A stretch of DNA of 64,000 bases from Trueperaceae bacterium (GCA_965215565.1 CBDCDZ010000004.1:448001-512000); one strand, 5' to 3'. Counted from the stretch's first letter, positions 41,130 through 51,215 are shown. Notes: generated by a model not told the origin, from the sequence alone. Numbers and translations are program-made.

Positions 41130-41429
41130 TCAGACGCGCACCGCTAAGCCCGCCACAGAACCCATGTACTCGTCGCGGTAACGCGCCAGCTTGAGACCCT
41201 CTTCGCTCCTGAGCGCCACGATATCGTCTAGGTAAATCGGCGCGTTCGGGAAGATACGCACCTGCTCGCCCTTGGAGAAGCCCCACGCGGGGATGTCGAA
41301 CTCGAGCACCCACGCCCCCTCCTGAACCCAACTCGTGCGAGAAGTTTTGCGAGGGGCGGTGATGCGGGGCTGGGGTGTGAAAACGGACTTGAGTCCCGTT
41401 GCAATCGTCTTACTGAAAAACCGTTTCAT
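41130..41429 (-). CDS. Hypothetical protein (99 aa)
   Basis: TATACT lies 7 nt before the ATG; plausible globular C-terminal half. Confidence 0.6.
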   Translation of the reverse strand: MKRFFSKTIATGLKSVFTPQPRITAPRKTSRTSWVQEGAWVLEFDIPAWGFSKGEQVRIFPNAPIYLDDIVALRSEEGLKLARYRDEYMGSVAGLAVRV

Positions 41430-41560
41430 ACCCCTTAGTATACGAATCTAACGATAGGACAAAGAGAAAAACTTCGTGAAGCGAGCAGAATTTAGGATTC
41501 TTTACGCCTTGTGCTACTTTTCGCGTGAGCTTAACTCGTTCAACTTTGGTTTTGACGGTC

Positions 41561-42676
41561 TCACTCGAGTTCTTTCAAAGCCTCTACACGCGCCTCGGTT
41601 CCGGGATGGCTCGAGAGAAAGGTGGGCACGTCCGCACCTTCGGTCAGGCGCGTCAGGATGTCTTGCAGCGGCTCCGTCCCCCAGCCCTTCGCCACGAGGT
41701 AGCGCCCCGCCAGCTCGTCCGCTTCGCGCTCGAACGCCCTCGAGTAACCCGATTCGACGAGGATGGCGGGCAAGGACGCCGCGATGGACGTCACCGACGC
41801 CACGTCGCCCGCGAGTACCGATACGAGCAAGAAGACGCCCGCGCCCCCGTAGAGGCTCCTCAGCCCGTGCCGCTTCTCGACGTGCGCCACCTCATGCGCC
41901 AAGACGCTCAAAATCTCGCGGTCATTCTCGGCAAGTTCAACGAGTTCGTCTGTCATGACGATGAGCCCCGACGGGAGCGCAAAGGCGTTCGCGCCAATTG
42001 CGCCGCCGGAGCGAAAGACGAGTTCGTAATGAGGTTGTAGGTTGGAAGTCGCAGCGAAGTCCGCCGTAAGCGATTCGAACTGCGCTCGCAAGCTCGCAGA
42101 GCGTTCAGCGTCCAACGTCGAAGGCTCGAACAGCTCGCCGTCCAAGAGGTCGAAGGATTTATTGCTCACCATCTCCGACACCTCGAGGGGCGTCGCGTAC
42201 GCCGCTTGCGTTGCTAAAAACGGGATGCCGTAGAGCGTGAATGCGCCGACGCTCATAGCAAGTCCGGCGAGACACCCTAGCGTCAGACGCCAACGGCTCT
42301 CCAAACGGTGAACGAAGCGGAGCCCGTGCCCTCTGCCGCTCGCTTCCTCGAGCTTCGCGAACGCCGCAACGTCGCGCGTCTCTAAATGCGCCCCGTTCGG
42401 AAGTTTGAGCTTGCGCCGGGCGTTGCCCAGGGGAGGCTCGAGCGTGAGAGCCGACAAGGGAACTTCGAACCAACCCACCTCTTGTCCCCCTTGAACCTGT
42501 ACAAACTCGCCGTCAAACGAAACTTCGGCAGGATGCGCTTTAGAGCGCACCCCGTCGAAATAGTTGCCTGCAAATTCGCATACGACAGCTTTGGCAGTGT
42601 TCTGCACACCCTCCGCCGCAGCTTTAGATATGACCTCTTCCGTCACACCCTCCTCAACCGTTAGATGCTCGCTCAC
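41561..42676 (-). CDS. M48 family metallopeptidase
   Basis: ANAFALP, AHEVAH, YSR..E.EAD, LSSHP. Confidence 0.92.
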   Translation of the reverse strand: MSEHLTVEEGVTEEVISKAAAEGVQNTAKAVVCEFAGNYFDGVRSKAHPAEVSFDGEFVQVQGGQEVGWFEVPLSALTLEPPLGNARRKLKLPNGAHLETRDVAAFAKLEEASGRGHGLRFVHRLESRWRLTLGCLAGLAMSVGAFTLYGIPFLATQAAYATPLEVSEMVSNKSFDLLDGELFEPSTLDAERSASLRAQFESLTADFAATSNLQPHYELVFRSGGAIGANAFALPSGLIVMTDELVELAENDREILSVLAHEVAHVEKRHGLRSLYGGAGVFLLVSVLAGDVASVTSIAASLPAILVESGYSRAFEREADELAGRYLVAKGWGTEPLQDILTRLTEGADVPTFLSSHPGTEARVEALKELE

Positions 42677-43887
42677 TAGAGACCGATTTCGATATCCAGG
42701 GCGTCCGTAGCGACGTCACCTAACGAGCTTTGGTAGTTGCTTTCGTCCGCGACGAAGGCGTCGAGGTCGTCCTCACGCATCACCACGGCTAGATTCTCCA
42801 CGATGTAGCGCGTGCGCCGCACCTTCGCCCAAGGGATGAGCAGCCCGAGCGAGAGGAGCATGGCGAAGAGGTTCGTGAGGCGAATCCAGGCGAGGTCTCT
42901 GAGCCGGAGGGTGCTCTTAAACGACACCTTGCCAAGCTGAGTTTCCGCCCAGCAGTAGTTCGCGATGTTGACGTAGATGAACTCCTGAATCATTGAGAAG
43001 AACGCGATGCTGCCAAGGTACATTATAGCGATAGCGATATAAAGACTTGGCGTGTCCGAATCGTAAGAAGAAAAGATGAAGGTGTCAAACGCGAAGAAGA
43101 CGGTAACAAAAAATCCGACAACGAGCAACGCAGCCAGCAGATAAACTTTGAAAAACTTTCCTGGACCACCGTAAAACTTGCTGCGCGTCGTTCCGAAAGC
43201 AAAGCGCCCGAAAGCGTATTCCTTTTGCCGAGACAACATGTAAGGGAACAGCAGCCCTAGCGAGCAGAGGACAAAGAAGGGAATGAGTAAAAACACACGG
43301 TAGCTCTCACCGAGCGTACCGTGGAAGTGAAAACGGATATTGCGGTACGCCGAGTAGCGCGTGCGAAAGCGCAGAGATTGATAGGCTAAAAAGGGAAAGA
43401 CCAGCGTGAAAAGCCCCATGATGAGCAAACTCCATAGAGGTGCAAAGGCGTCCGTTAGGTTGTAAATGACGAGCCCCGCCCCCACGATGAAGTTGCCTTT
43501 AAGGATGTTGATAGGATTCGCTAGATAGTCGAACGAGTGTCCCGCCAGGTGCGTATTCGCATAGAAATACTGCCGCGTGCGCACCTTCGCCCAGGCGTTG
43601 TAGATGCCCAGCGTGATGACGGTTAAAAAGACGTTGACGATCCAGATGCGGAAGAACTCGCCCGCCGTACCCGTGAAGCTGAGCGCGTGGGTGCCTAAAG
43701 GGGGTTCGGCGCGCTCGGTTTTTTGCTCCGTCTGCGCCGGGCTTCTCTCGTCCCAGCCCCAGTCGAGCGGTTGCGTCGTGAATTGTGATACGGGTGATTG
43801 AGCGACGCCGCACTCGAGACAGACCGCGCCCGTCCCCGTAGCCGTTACCGTAGCGGCGAGCGCCGCGCCGCAGTGTTGACATGCCAT
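42676..43887 (-). CDS. YjgN/DUF898 membrane protein with an N-terminal CxxC..CxxC zinc-ribbon
   Basis: FTG..GEFF.IWIVN.FLT.ITLGIY..WAKVR; GAGGAG RBS before MACQHCG. Confidence 0.88.
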   Translation of the reverse strand: MACQHCGAALAATVTATGTGAVCLECGVAQSPVSQFTTQPLDWGWDERSPAQTEQKTERAEPPLGTHALSFTGTAGEFFRIWIVNVFLTVITLGIYNAWAKVRTRQYFYANTHLAGHSFDYLANPINILKGNFIVGAGLVIYNLTDAFAPLWSLLIMGLFTLVFPFLAYQSLRFRTRYSAYRNIRFHFHGTLGESYRVFLLIPFFVLCSLGLLFPYMLSRQKEYAFGRFAFGTTRSKFYGGPGKFFKVYLLAALLVVGFFVTVFFAFDTFIFSSYDSDTPSLYIAIAIMYLGSIAFFSMIQEFIYVNIANYCWAETQLGKVSFKSTLRLRDLAWIRLTNLFAMLLSLGLLIPWAKVRRTRYIVENLAVVMREDDLDAFVADESNYQSSLGDVATDALDIEIGL

Positions 43888-44004
43888 GATGTACTCCTCG
43901 AGGTTGTTTTTGGGACAGAAAAGAAAAGTCCCCGAGGGGCAAGGTAGCACTCGGTCTCTGACAGAATTCTGAAGCTCGAGCCGCGCTCAGAAGAGGTTCG
44001 GGCG

Positions 44005-45243
44005 TTAGCTCGAGAGCCGCGCCAACGTCTCCGCCAAAACCCGCACGCCCGCCGCGATGTCCGCCGGGCTGCTGTACTCGTCGGGGCGGTGACTTATACC
44101 GTCCTTACTCGGAATAAAGATCATCCCGACGGGGCAGATATAGGACATGAAGAGCGTGTCGTGATAGGCGCGGCTCACCATCTGCACACTCTCCAGGGAG
44201 AGGTTATGTGCCCCCGCCTCGACTGCTTGAATAACCTCGGGCGCGCACGTCGCAGGCGGGTCGGCGTTGAGCGTTTTGAGGTCTATGGTTACGCCGCGTT
44301 CGTTGGCGATACCTTCCGCCGCTTGGCGAATTTGCGCCATCACGTTGTCACGCCTCGAGCGGTCAACGTCGCGCACGTCCGCGCTCATGAAGACGCGGCT
44401 TGGAATGCTGTTGACGGCGCGCGGGTGCACGTCGAAGATGCCTACCGTGGCGACTGTATCGGCGCTGCCACTCTCTTTAGCGGCGCGTTCGATCTCGAGA
44501 GAAAGCTGCGCTCCTGCTGTCAGCGCGTCCTTGCGCTCCGCCATCAACACTGCGCCCGCGTGCCCACCTCTTCCCTCCACCGTGATATGCAGCGTAGCGG
44601 GCGCGGCGATATTCGTTACCGTGCCGATGGGCACACCCGCTTCCTCCAACTTCGGTCCCTGTTCGATGTGGAGTTCGACGAAAGCGTGATAGTGACCTTT
44701 CTCGAGCACAACCTCTTCCAACTCTCCTCCAAAACCGACGTCGCGGCGCACCTCGTCGGGGTTCTTGCCCTCTTCGTCTGTAAGCGCGCGGACCTCTTCG
44801 GGTGAAAGCGTACCGGACAGGGCTCTCGAGCCCAGACACCCCACCCCGAAGCGCGTCGGCTCCTCAGCGGTGAAGAGGATGAGTTCGAGCGGGCATTGCG
44901 GTACAAACCCAGATGCTTTGAGCGCCCGAATCGCTTCTAAGCCCCCCAACACACCGACGACGCCGTCGTAGCGCCCCGAGTGCGGGATGGCGTCGATGTG
45001 TGAGCCCGTAGCGACAGCGGGACGTTCGGGGTGTTCACTCTCCCACCGTGCAAAGAGGTTGCCTAGAGCGTCCTCACAGACTGAGAGACCCACCTCGCGG
45101 ATGAGGTCTTTGAGGTAGCCCCGCGCCTTCATGTCCTGCTCGGTGTAGAGCACCCTCGTCACTGCGGGCGCAGGCGCGTCGCTATAGGTGGCTAGCGTTT
45201 CAATCTGGTTCACTAGACGGTCTTGGTCTATTTGAACGGTCAT
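44005..45243 (-). CDS. M20 amidohydrolase, ureidoglycolate amidohydrolase (UAH)-type
   Basis: VTRVLYT, GSHIDAIP.SG.YDG, EEPTRFG..CLGSR, ELHIEQG, GGHAG, SRAYHD, H.PDE. Confidence 0.8.
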   Translation of the reverse strand: MTVQIDQDRLVNQIETLATYSDAPAPAVTRVLYTEQDMKARGYLKDLIREVGLSVCEDALGNLFARWESEHPERPAVATGSHIDAIPHSGRYDGVVGVLGGLEAIRALKASGFVPQCPLELILFTAEEPTRFGVGCLGSRALSGTLSPEEVRALTDEEGKNPDEVRRDVGFGGELEEVVLEKGHYHAFVELHIEQGPKLEEAGVPIGTVTNIAAPATLHITVEGRGGHAGAVLMAERKDALTAGAQLSLEIERAAKESGSADTVATVGIFDVHPRAVNSIPSRVFMSADVRDVDRSRRDNVMAQIRQAAEGIANERGVTIDLKTLNADPPATCAPEVIQAVEAGAHNLSLESVQMVSRAYHDTLFMSYICPVGMIFIPSKDGISHRPDEYSSPADIAAGVRVLAETLARLSS

Positions 45244-45306
45244 TCGGTCTCCTATAGAGCAACGAGCAATAAGTGAAAACCTTTAGACTCATTGCTCATT
45301 GCTTTC

Positions 45307-45720
45307 TTACTCCAACAACTCAAAATCCTCAAAGTCGAATCCCGGCACCACGACACACGACACTAGCGTGTAGCCTTGCACCTCTTCCGCTGGCTCCGCC
45401 TCCTGCACGTAACCCCCCGGCACCACCCCTTGCGGCTGCTCTAAGCCGAGCGTGATGACCTCTTTCTCCCCTTCCGGTGAGGTCAGCGTGAGGCGGAGGG
45501 GGTCGCCCTGATGATGGAGCCACAACTCATCCGAGCGGACGCGGTGGGGGCGGCTCTTGTCGCCTGCGGGGAGCAAGAAGAGGATGGCGGTGCCAGCAGC
45601 ACGCGCACCCGGATAGCCCCCCGGTTTGACCTCACGCGGCGAGCGCCAGGTTTCGCGGTAGCAGCCGCCTTCGGGGTGAGGCTCGAGCTTGAACTTCTCA
45701 ATGAGGTTTTGCGCGCTCAC
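45307..45720 (-). CDS. Cupin domain protein (DUF985/Cupin_5)
   Basis: L.PHPEGG.Y.E, T.I.FLL, HRV.SDE.W, LVSC.V.PGF.F.DF. Confidence 0.9.
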   Translation of the reverse strand: MSAQNLIEKFKLEPHPEGGCYRETWRSPREVKPGGYPGARAAGTAILFLLPAGDKSRPHRVRSDELWLHHQGDPLRLTLTSPEGEKEVITLGLEQPQGVVPGGYVQEAEPAEEVQGYTLVSCVVVPGFDFEDFELLE

Positions 45721-45750
45721 ACTAGCGCTCCTGCTCGGGGCTCAGCGCCA

Positions 45751-46977
45751 TCAGTTGAACCAGAGCGCGAAGTTGAGAAAGTTGCCGCCGAAAAGCCCTT
45801 GCAAGCGCCGCCAGGTATCGGCGCTAGTTAGCGGACCCTCTTCGAGATAGGGCGTCGCCGCGCTCCCCTGAAACCAGAGCACGGCGTCGAAGGTTCGCGG
45901 CTCCATGAACACGCGGCGCACGTTGACCCCGCGCCCATCTCTCACGCGCGGATGTGGGATCAGCAAATCGCCCGCAAGGACGGTGTCCGCCTCGTCTAAA
46001 AAGGTCAACCAAGCCTCTATCTGCACCTCGGTGAGGCGCACGCCAATGACACTGCTCTGAGCCGCGTTGGGTATCCACTCGCGTTCGTCGTCGGTTTCGG
46101 CGCGTATTGCGTCCCACGAGCGTCGGCTCTCCGAGAGGACGGTCTCAAGGTGTTCCAACGCCCTTTCCAGGCGCTCAGGTTCGGTTGGCTCGAGGCTTAG
46201 CAGATGAATAAAAGCGATGAGGTCGGCGATGAGCGTGATGTCAAACACGCCCTCGGGCTCACCGGTGCGCCCCAAAAACTCATGTGGCGTCCGCACCTGT
46301 TCGTAGGTCAGGTGCGCCGTGCGTTCGAACAGGTCACGGCTGTCGTGAGCGAGATAGATTTCTGTCAGGGCGCTCAGGAGTTCGGCGTAGCCACGGAACC
46401 AGTGAACGTCGCCACGGTCGAACGCGATAGGGAGGTCTCCTGCTCCGAGCGGGACCTGGCTAGGCTGACCAAAGCGGGCGAAAAGCCGCTGCAAGCTTTC
46501 ATCCTCACCGGCGTCACCGTCGCCATCAAAGTCCAGCCGAATGCGCCCGACGGGTAGCTCGAGCTTGACCTCGCCGTCACCGAGGGAAGCGCTGAGCGCC
46601 GCGAAGGTTGCGCTCGCTTCACCCAAGTCCGCTAGAAAGGTCGCCAGGATAGCGCGCAAGTCTCCATAGGCGATTTCACGTGCGTTACCGTCCGCTGCCG
46701 AGGGAAACTGAAAGGGTAAAAAGGTGATGGCTCGGTCGTCGGTGCGTAAGCCGTAGCGGGCGAAGGACTGAGACGCGCCCTCGAAGGCCCCAAGAAACTG
46801 GACGACGCCCAAACTAAACTGCGCTTCGGCGTCTTCCGGTTGAGAACCCAGCCTCGCCAGGAGCGCGGTCTCAGCCTCGAGCAGACGCCCCGTCTCCAGA
46901 TAGGGCACGACGAGCGGCTGAGCCGCCCCGAAACCCGCCAGCCAGAACCAACACAGTGTCAGGATAGAAGCGCGCAA
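45751..46977 (-). CDS. Exported alpha-helical hypothetical protein
   Basis: TTG start with a GGAGGAG RBS at the allE stop; signal peptide; DFDGDG motif; ETDDEREWIPN; ends FALWFN. Confidence 0.75.
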   Translation of the reverse strand: MRASILTLCWFWLAGFGAAQPLVVPYLETGRLLEAETALLARLGSQPEDAEAQFSLGVVQFLGAFEGASQSFARYGLRTDDRAITFLPFQFPSAADGNAREIAYGDLRAILATFLADLGEASATFAALSASLGDGEVKLELPVGRIRLDFDGDGDAGEDESLQRLFARFGQPSQVPLGAGDLPIAFDRGDVHWFRGYAELLSALTEIYLAHDSRDLFERTAHLTYEQVRTPHEFLGRTGEPEGVFDITLIADLIAFIHLLSLEPTEPERLERALEHLETVLSESRRSWDAIRAETDDEREWIPNAAQSSVIGVRLTEVQIEAWLTFLDEADTVLAGDLLIPHPRVRDGRGVNVRRVFMEPRTFDAVLWFQGSAATPYLEEGPLTSADTWRRLQGLFGGNFLNFALWFN

Positions 46978-46978
46978 C

Positions 46979-47728
46979 TTAGCTCTCCTCCAAACTAAAC
47001 GGATCACGGTTCACCTCTTTATAAAGTAGATAGCTCGCAGGCTCCCTGCCCAACGCCCCAAACCACTGCGAGCAGTAGGGGCCCATCCAAATCACGTCAC
47101 CCTCTTTGACCGGATACCAGACCTCTTCCACCTTGTAGACACCACCGCCCGAGAGCATCAACAGCCCGTGCTCCATGATGTGCGTCTCGACGAAAGGGAG
47201 CGGCGTACCGGGCTGAAAGGTCATGACGTTCACGGCGAGGTCGAAACTGGGGTGCTCGGGCAAGAATTTCTGGACGATGAGGTGCTCGTCGCCTAAGAAC
47301 GGCTCGCCTTGAATGTCACTTTCGTGTCCGGTGATGACGTCGGGTAAAGGGGTCTCCCCTAGTTTCACATAGCGCCGCTCGAAGAGGTTGAGGCGTGCGC
47401 CGGACGAAGAGGTGAGCGTGTAGTCCTGGTCGGGGGGCACGTAAGCGAAGCCGCCCGCGCTGAGCGTGACCTCTTTCGCCATCTGCAGCGTCACCTCGCC
47501 CTCGATTACGTAGATAAAGCGCTCGACGCCGGGTAGGGGCGGGGCACCCTCCCCTGCGCCTTCCAACGTGACGAGGGTCTGAACGAAGCGCGCGCCCATT
47601 TGCGGCGAGATGAGGGTGACGGCGCTCGCGCCCTTCCAGCCCGGCAAGCCCGTCGGGACGTAGCCGTCTGGGGCGATGAAGGCGTGGTTGCGGGTGACGT
47701 TCGTGCGGGTGGTGCCGAAGAGGGTCAT
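46979..47728 (-). CDS. allE: (S)-ureidoglycine aminohydrolase
   Basis: Bicupin; ETHIMEHG, GD.IWM.PY..Q, YLLYK..NR. Confidence 0.92.
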   Translation of the reverse strand: MTLFGTTRTNVTRNHAFIAPDGYVPTGLPGWKGASAVTLISPQMGARFVQTLVTLEGAGEGAPPLPGVERFIYVIEGEVTLQMAKEVTLSAGGFAYVPPDQDYTLTSSSGARLNLFERRYVKLGETPLPDVITGHESDIQGEPFLGDEHLIVQKFLPEHPSFDLAVNVMTFQPGTPLPFVETHIMEHGLLMLSGGGVYKVEEVWYPVKEGDVIWMGPYCSQWFGALGREPASYLLYKEVNRDPFSLEES

Positions 47729-49083
47729 AGGCTCCTTCTTGCTGCGTTAGTTTTTGTCCCGATAGGTTGTAAGAATCTACCTCGAGCCCGCTCCACCTTG
47801 CCACCCTTATAGATCGTTTCGCCGCGCAGCACGGTCTGTGTAATCTTGCCGCGCAGGGTGTGAAAGAGGTAAGGGCTCAGTTTATGGCGCGTGAAGAGGT
47901 CGTCCTCAGTTAAAGTTACCGAGTCGGAGAGGTCGACGAGGGAGAAGTCGGCGTCGTAACCGGGACCCAGCCGCCCCTTGCCCTTCAAGTTGAAACGCTC
48001 CGCTGGACGTTGCGAGGTCAAGCGGGCGATGTCCGCGAGAGGTAAACCCTGTTTTTCGTGGCCGTCAAGCAGCACGTTCAAGCTGGACTGCACCCCCGCA
48101 ACGCCGCCCCACACTCCGAAGAAGTCGTCCGCTTCTTTAAGCTCGGGCGGGGAGGGCGAATGGTCCGAGGCGATGAGGTCGACCTCTTGTGCTAGAACAG
48201 CTTGCCACAAAGCCTGGCGCTCCGTTGCACTCCGCAAAGGCGGCGCACACTTCAACACTGCGCCGAGACGCTCCACATCTTCATCGGTGAAGTGGAGGTA
48301 GTGCGGGCACGTCTCACAGGTCACGCGCACGCCGCGCTTTTTTGCTTCAGTGACGAGGCGCACACCTCTCGCCGTGCTGACGTGGACGATGTGGAGGTCT
48401 GCACCTGTTTCTTCGGCGAAGAGCAGCGCGCGGCTAATTGCCTCGAGTTCGGCGATGATGGGTCTCGAGTTCAGATAATCCCGCACCTCTTGTTGACCTC
48501 TCGCAGACGCCTCCGACGTCAACGCCTTCGTCAGCGCCTCGCTCTCCGCGTGAACGGCGATGGGCAAGCCCAACTTGGCGGCTGCCTCCATCCCCCGGTA
48601 GAGCGTGAGGTCGTCCGCCGCTAAAAAGTCGTCCATCCCGCTGTCCGACATAAACGCTTTGAAGCCGACGACGCCGCCTTCGGCGAGTTCGTCTAAACGG
48701 TCTAGGTTGCGAGGCGTCAAGCCGCCCCAGAGGGCGAAGTCAGTCAGGGAGGAGGCTTCGGCGGCGGCTTTTTTCTCGAGAAAGCTCTCCTTGTCTAACG
48801 TCGGCGTCGAGTTGAGCGGCATGTCGATGAATAGCGTGCCGCCGCCCGCCGCTAAGGCCGCGCTGCCCGTCGCAACGCCTTCCCAATGGGTGCGCCCCGG
48901 CTCGTTGAAGTGGACGTGCACGTCGATGAGTCCGGGGAAGAGGTGGAGCCCGCTCGCGTCCAGCGTCTCCCCTACCCCGTCCGAAATTTCCGGCGCGACT
49001 TGGACGATGCATCCGTCCTCGACTAAGAGGTCAGCGCGCGCTACTCCTTCGGGTGTCACGAGTCTACCACCGCGCACAAGCAT
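47725..49083 (-). CDS. allB: Allantoinase
   Basis: DVHVHFNEPG, DMPLNS, GFKAF, VHAE, HIVH, ETCPHY, KCAPPLR, SDHSP. Confidence 0.93.
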   Translation of the reverse strand: MLVRGGRLVTPEGVARADLLVEDGCIVQVAPEISDGVGETLDASGLHLFPGLIDVHVHFNEPGRTHWEGVATGSAALAAGGGTLFIDMPLNSTPTLDKESFLEKKAAAEASSLTDFALWGGLTPRNLDRLDELAEGGVVGFKAFMSDSGMDDFLAADDLTLYRGMEAAAKLGLPIAVHAESEALTKALTSEASARGQQEVRDYLNSRPIIAELEAISRALLFAEETGADLHIVHVSTARGVRLVTEAKKRGVRVTCETCPHYLHFTDEDVERLGAVLKCAPPLRSATERQALWQAVLAQEVDLIASDHSPSPPELKEADDFFGVWGGVAGVQSSLNVLLDGHEKQGLPLADIARLTSQRPAERFNLKGKGRLGPGYDADFSLVDLSDSVTLTEDDLFTRHKLSPYLFHTLRGKITQTVLRGETIYKGGKVERARGRFLQPIGTKTNAARRSL

Positions 49084-49436
49084 TAGCTCCCCCGGTACGT
49101 GCTGTAACTCCAGGGCGAGACGAGCAGCGGCACGTGGTAGGTCTGCGTTTTGTCCGCGACGCCGAAGCGAACGGGCACGGTGTCTAAGAATTTGGGGCTG
49201 GGCAAGTCCAACGCGGCGAAGTAGTCGCCTACGTGAAACACGAGTTCGAACACGCCTATCTCCAAGTCATCGGTCAGCAGCGGCGCGTCGGTGCGTCCGT
49301 CCTCATTGGTGGTGAAGCGCGCGAGGTGCTGCCTCGAGTCACTCATCACGAAAAAGAGGTCGATAGTTATGCCAGCGGCGGGTGTGCCGTTCGCCGTGTC
49401 CAACACGTGCGTGCTGAGGCGTCCCACTTGGCTCAT
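49083..49436 (-). CDS. uraH: 5-hydroxyisourate hydrolase
   Basis: LSTHVLD, DGR, YHVPLL, C-terminal YRGS. Confidence 0.95.
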   Translation of the reverse strand: MSQVGRLSTHVLDTANGTPAAGITIDLFFVMSDSRQHLARFTTNEDGRTDAPLLTDDLEIGVFELVFHVGDYFAALDLPSPKFLDTVPVRFGVADKTQTYHVPLLVSPWSYSTYRGS

Positions 49437-49972
49437 TCCCAGCCCTCGCGCTGACGTAATGAGGTGATGTGCGCCAAATGATGCTCGCCGTGCCAGGCGT
49501 AGTTGGCGAGGCTTTGCTCCAGCGTGAGCGTCTGGTTCGAGGCGGGATGCGTGAAGGTGCGCTGCCAGTCGCTTTCGGATAGGGAGTTGAGCAACGTACC
49601 CCAACGTTTGTGGAGCGCGTCTAAAAGCGCAAGGGACACCTCTATAGGCGCGTCCGAGTCGCCGAGTTCCGCCCACCCCGCCTCGTCGTAGGGGCGAATC
49701 GTCGGGTTCGCTTCGGTCAGGGCGAGTTTGAAGCGGGTGTAGGAATTGAGGTGGCTGTCGGGGAGGTGATGCGCGACTTGGCGCACGCTCCAACCGCCGG
49801 GACGGTAGGGCGTGTCGAGTTGCGTCTCAGAAAGCCCGGCGAGCGCGGCGCGCACCCGCTCGGGCAACCGAGCCACCTCTTCTAACCACGCTTCGCGCTG
49901 CGCCTTCGTCACCTCGTTTGGCAGGGTAAATTCGCCGATGGGGTAGCGGAGGTCTGCTCGAGCGTCAGCCAT
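49433..49972 (-). CDS. YfiT/BstA-family (DinB) bacillithiol transferase-like protein
   Basis: LRYPIG, LDTPYRPGGW..RQV.HH..DSH, YAWHG.HH. Confidence 0.9.
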   Translation of the reverse strand: MADARADLRYPIGEFTLPNEVTKAQREAWLEEVARLPERVRAALAGLSETQLDTPYRPGGWSVRQVAHHLPDSHLNSYTRFKLALTEANPTIRPYDEAGWAELGDSDAPIEVSLALLDALHKRWGTLLNSLSESDWQRTFTHPASNQTLTLEQSLANYAWHGEHHLAHITSLRQREGWE

Positions 49973-50912
49973 CGTCGCCTTCACCATCGCCTTGCGTCAT
50001 CGTCAGCCCGATGTGACCGTAGGGCGGGCGCGGGTCCGTGTGGACCTTGACGCGCTCGTCCGTCTCGGAAGCGTAGCCCTTGTCCCACAGCCTGTTCTGC
50101 GCCTCGAAGGAGACCTCGGCGAGTTGGGAGAAGCGTGCGAGTATCCGTTTGCCCATCTCATGGACGAGGTGTTGGATGGACTTGCTGTTGAACTCGTGAA
50201 AGACCGTCGCGGCAACGTCGCGTACCTGTTCGGCGGGAACATAGTGCGAGAGGTCATCTGATACGGCGTGCGCCGCGTCCGCGTAGCGCCAGAAGATATC
50301 CAGGTAGATAAAGAGCGGGCGGTCCACCATCTCGGGCAGCGTGGTGTGCTCGTCACGCACGAAGTTGGCGAACGAGCTGCCCGTCACCTTGACAAGCTGT
50401 AAGCCGACGCGCCCGCAGCGGTGGTCCACCACGCGGACGCCCTCGCCGGTGCGCTCCAGAGCGAGTTCCGCCACCGCGCGGTCCCCCTGCGCGCGGTGGA
50501 AAAGCACGTCACTTACCTCACCGTTCGCGTGCGCCGCCTCGAAGGGCTGCTCCTCGCCTAAGACGTTGAGCGCTTCCATCTCGGGGTAGCGCTCTAAAAA
50601 TCTCTGCCCTAAAAACATGAGGTAGCCCTCCAAGGTTGCGCCTCCGAACTCCAGGGCTTGCTTCAAGATGAAGTTCTTCATGCTGTCGGTAGCCACCACG
50701 TCGCGGTTGTCGCCTTCGGTGTAGGCGGGCACGAAGTTGCGCCCCAGGACCTGCACGTCTACCTGCACCGCGAAAAGTGTGTTGGCACGTCCAGTAAAAG
50801 CGGACTCGGGGATGGGGCTGACCCGGAGCGGCTTGGCGCTGAAGCGGTACGCGGTGACTTCCGCTTTGCCGTAGTCGATTGCGGCGATTTTTGCGGGTAT
50901 GGACTCGCTCAT
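49965..50912 (-). CDS. pucL: Uricase (factor-independent urate hydroxylase)
   Basis: YGK, VATDSMKN, KVTGSSF..F.RDE.TTL, DR.L, SIQ, PYG. Confidence 0.93.
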   Translation of the reverse strand: MSESIPAKIAAIDYGKAEVTAYRFSAKPLRVSPIPESAFTGRANTLFAVQVDVQVLGRNFVPAYTEGDNRDVVATDSMKNFILKQALEFGGATLEGYLMFLGQRFLERYPEMEALNVLGEEQPFEAAHANGEVSDVLFHRAQGDRAVAELALERTGEGVRVVDHRCGRVGLQLVKVTGSSFANFVRDEHTTLPEMVDRPLFIYLDIFWRYADAAHAVSDDLSHYVPAEQVRDVAATVFHEFNSKSIQHLVHEMGKRILARFSQLAEVSFEAQNRLWDKGYASETDERVKVHTDPRPPYGHIGLTMTQGDGEGDDG

Positions 50913-51215
50913 CTTCATCTCCTTAGGAGAAGCAATGAGTTGAAAACAAGGAGCAATGAGCTTTGCCTTTTCACTTTCAACTCACCACTCACTGCTCATT
51001 GCTCCGAATCTTAGGTTTCTCTTCAAAGGTTGCTAGCCCTGGCTAAGCGCTAAAAGCCAAGGGCTCAATATCGTAACTTCTTACAGGCAACGAATCAATG
51101 TGAGACTCGAGGAACTCCAATCTCAATACTCTTAGCGTCTCGAGCAACCACCTTAAAGAGGCTTTCTCTTGTAGAACACGCTTTACAAACCCTCTTGTAG
51201 ACCTTTGCTACGCGC

